A DNA stretch of 64,000 bases from Felis catus (Eukaryota), in contig NC_058373.1 of the NCBI RefSeq assembly GCF_018350175.1, forward strand, positions 106,828,001 through 106,892,000, read 5' to 3'. Of this stretch, positions 61,885 through 64,000 are shown in pieces (positions within the stretch are counted from its first letter, which is position 1; every line of letters starts with the position of its first letter). A program made the position numbers and the translations under genes. Under the pieces are notes generated by a model. It was not told the origin of the DNA, ran no database searches, and was given only the letters and a program-made list of their open reading frames with translations.

Positions 61885-62098
61885 GGGGCGCCTGGGTGGC
61901 GCAGTCGGTTAAGCGTCCGACTTCAGCCAGGTCACGATCTTGCGGTCCGAGAGTTCGAGCCCCGCGTCAGGCTCAGAGCCTGGAGCCTGTTTCCGATTCT
62001 GTGTCTCCCTCTCTCTCTGCCCCTCCCCCGTTCATGCTCTGTCTCTCTCTGTCCCAAAAATAAATAAACGTTGAAAAAAAAAAAATTTTAAAAAAAAA
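61885..62098 (+). mobile_element. Young felid CanSINE with a ~14-nt internal deletion
   Basis: Lacks gctctgggctgatg relative to the 57918 copy. TSD aaaaatttatttta. Confidence 0.93.
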
Positions 62099-64000
62099 TT
62101 TATTTTAAACTGTTTCAAGTTTAAAGACTTGAAGACATAAGACATAAACTGCCTCATCGAGATAACATAGACCTGAATAGAAGATATGCTAGGTCTCTAC
62201 TTGGCAGAAATGCAAATGCTGAATAAAATCAGCATTTTATTGGGAGTTCCAGCAGTGGATTTGTCATAATTCTGCAAATTATTTTGAGACAATTAGAAAG
62301 ATGTCTGTAACTGTCAAGTGTAATGGCTTTAAACATTTGAAAATATATAACCTTTTACTCAGCTACTACTCGATATAAATGCTAAGTCTCCCCAGAGAAT
62401 TGCATTTTGCTGCATATATGCAGTAAGCATGTAGATTATGCAGTTTCTTTAAGAAGAAAAACTTAACATGCTTATAAAAGCGTTAAAATACATTTTGGGC
62501 TCCTGATGTTATGAATTTGCACGTTAAAGATCTAAGAGCATGTAAGCATTGACCTACACACTATTATATCCTGCTGTGCCTGCATTATTAAAATTAATAT
62601 GCACTTTAATTTTGTTTTCTCCCTTTTTACTGTTTGATATCAATTATCAGTCTGATACTAGAATCATGATTGGTTTTGATTTTCAGTACTATCTGGAGCT
62701 GCTCTTTTGTTTTTATTGCTCTCCCCCCACTTGATAGCGATATATCTAGTGTGTGTATGTACTATTTACTATTTCATTCATTGGACCTACTTATTCAATG
62801 ACTTTGTTTTCTCACTATTATCCAAGGATCTTGGAATTTTTATATTTTAAATGAGTCATTTTGATATGTTATTTATATAATACAGTAAAATAAAATATTT
62901 AGAATGCTACCAAGTTATTTCACATTGATTCAAACTGCTGGTTAGTGGAAAAATGAAACCGTAAGAATCTGTATTGGGATAAATTGGTATTTGATTTATT
63001 GGCACTTTAACTTGGGTGTACATGTTTTCTTATTGATATAAAGAATAAATACTTCAGTTTTATTTGCTATGAAATAGGGTCACATTTTTGAAATACAACT
63101 TTTCTCTTTAGTATGCACTCTTTAAGTTTTTGGTGCAATTCTAAATAATTGCTTTAGATACATAATTTTATGTTACAATATTAAGTTTTAGATTGCTTTT
63201 TATCCAGCAAGGATTGCCACCTGAACAGAGTTTACATCAATACTCAATATTTTTGATATGTTGAAGTGTCATACTTGTACCATTCAATTTAAGATTATTG
63301 TGTCAGAAGTTAAATTTTATATTCCTTGAGATAGATTTGATAAGACTGCAACTAGAGAATAAATATATTACATTAATTAAAATTGCTACTATATTTTAAA
63401 ACACAGAATGTAACTATTTAAATTGCAAAAGTTGTTCTAAGAAAAAGACTGCATTCAGCCTCCAGAACAGGCACTGAATATTCTCTTCTTTTTTTCTTTA
63501 TTTTTTTAAACACATGCCTTCAAAATTGCTGTGACCTATCAAACCTCATTTTATTTGCTTTGAATACTTTTGGCTTCTCTGTCCACACCGTAGAAAAGAG
63601 AAAAGGCTTTTCAGCTCTCCTGTTATCTGTGTCCTTCTAAATACTTGACTCTGTAGGGTTGTGAAAAGATTCAGCTCATAATTTAAACCACATCACTTAA
63701 GGTTGTGGTCCTTTTAAGCCAATGTAAGATTGTTCTTCTTCTACACATATATTTTTTAAATCTTTGCTGCTGACTGCCCAAGCTTTAAAGTTGCTAATTT
63801 GGAGATAAATACTAGAATCCCTCAAACTTGGTGTGAAGTGGAGTGGGGAAGAGTAGAATGTGTTTATATGAGTGTGAGAAACATCTTCTATACATATATA
63901 TTCTTTAGTAAAAACATTCAGTCTTTTTACAGTTCTAATTAAAATGTATAGTCCAACAGCAATTAAAGGAATATTTCTTAAGATTCATTTTGTTTTCCTT

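Noticed and set aside
33405..62063. Recurrent short ORFs such as MAQSVKRPTSAQVMIS... and MLGAPGWRSRLSVRLQPG...
   Set aside because: These are translations of CanSINE consensus sequence, not a gene family.
57918..62098. Inverted SINEs flanking exons 2-3 as drivers of a circular RNA
   Set aside because: The nearest flanking young SINEs (57918 and 61885) are in the same orientation. Antisense partners exist only much further upstream, so the window gives little direct support.
4861..62098. tRNA genes suggested by A/B-box-like heads
   Set aside because: All are SINE heads followed by a SINE body, CT tract, A tail and TSDs; none is a complete tRNA.
1..64000. CRISPR arrays, operons or other prokaryotic systems
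   Set aside because: There is no regularly spaced repeat-spacer structure and coding density is very low. Spliceosomal introns and mammalian repeats run throughout.

Overview
This is eukaryotic DNA from a mammal, almost certainly a felid: it carries dozens of carnivore tRNA-derived CanSINEs, including a young SINEC_Fc-type subfamily. The window covers about 23 kb of repeat-rich intergenic sequence followed by the 5' part of PPM1A (PP2C-alpha) on the + strand. PPM1A elements seen: a CpG-island promoter with non-coding exon 1 (~26378-26804), a 31.4-kb intron 1, coding exon 2 (58216-59069, ATG at 58236) and exon 3 (61268-61385); later exons lie outside the window. The most notable observations are five. 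(1) An upstream alternative first exon at 23005-23296 can splice in frame to give a very basic N-terminal extension. (2) Read-through of the exon 3 donor gives the short GGSFNKK isoform. (3) The 5' UTR has a G-quadruplex next to a hydrophobic uORF. (4) Intron 1 has a 101-bp, 100/101-identical inverted templated duplication that disrupts a Tigger terminal repeat. (5) There are nested LTR/SINE stacks and repeatedly reused SINE insertion sites. I found no prokaryote-type system (CRISPR, operon, etc.) and no convincing wholly novel gene. Most short ORFs in the supplied track are artefacts of repeats or GC content. Repeat family names and human comparisons come from recall, not a database search, and repeat boundaries are approximate.
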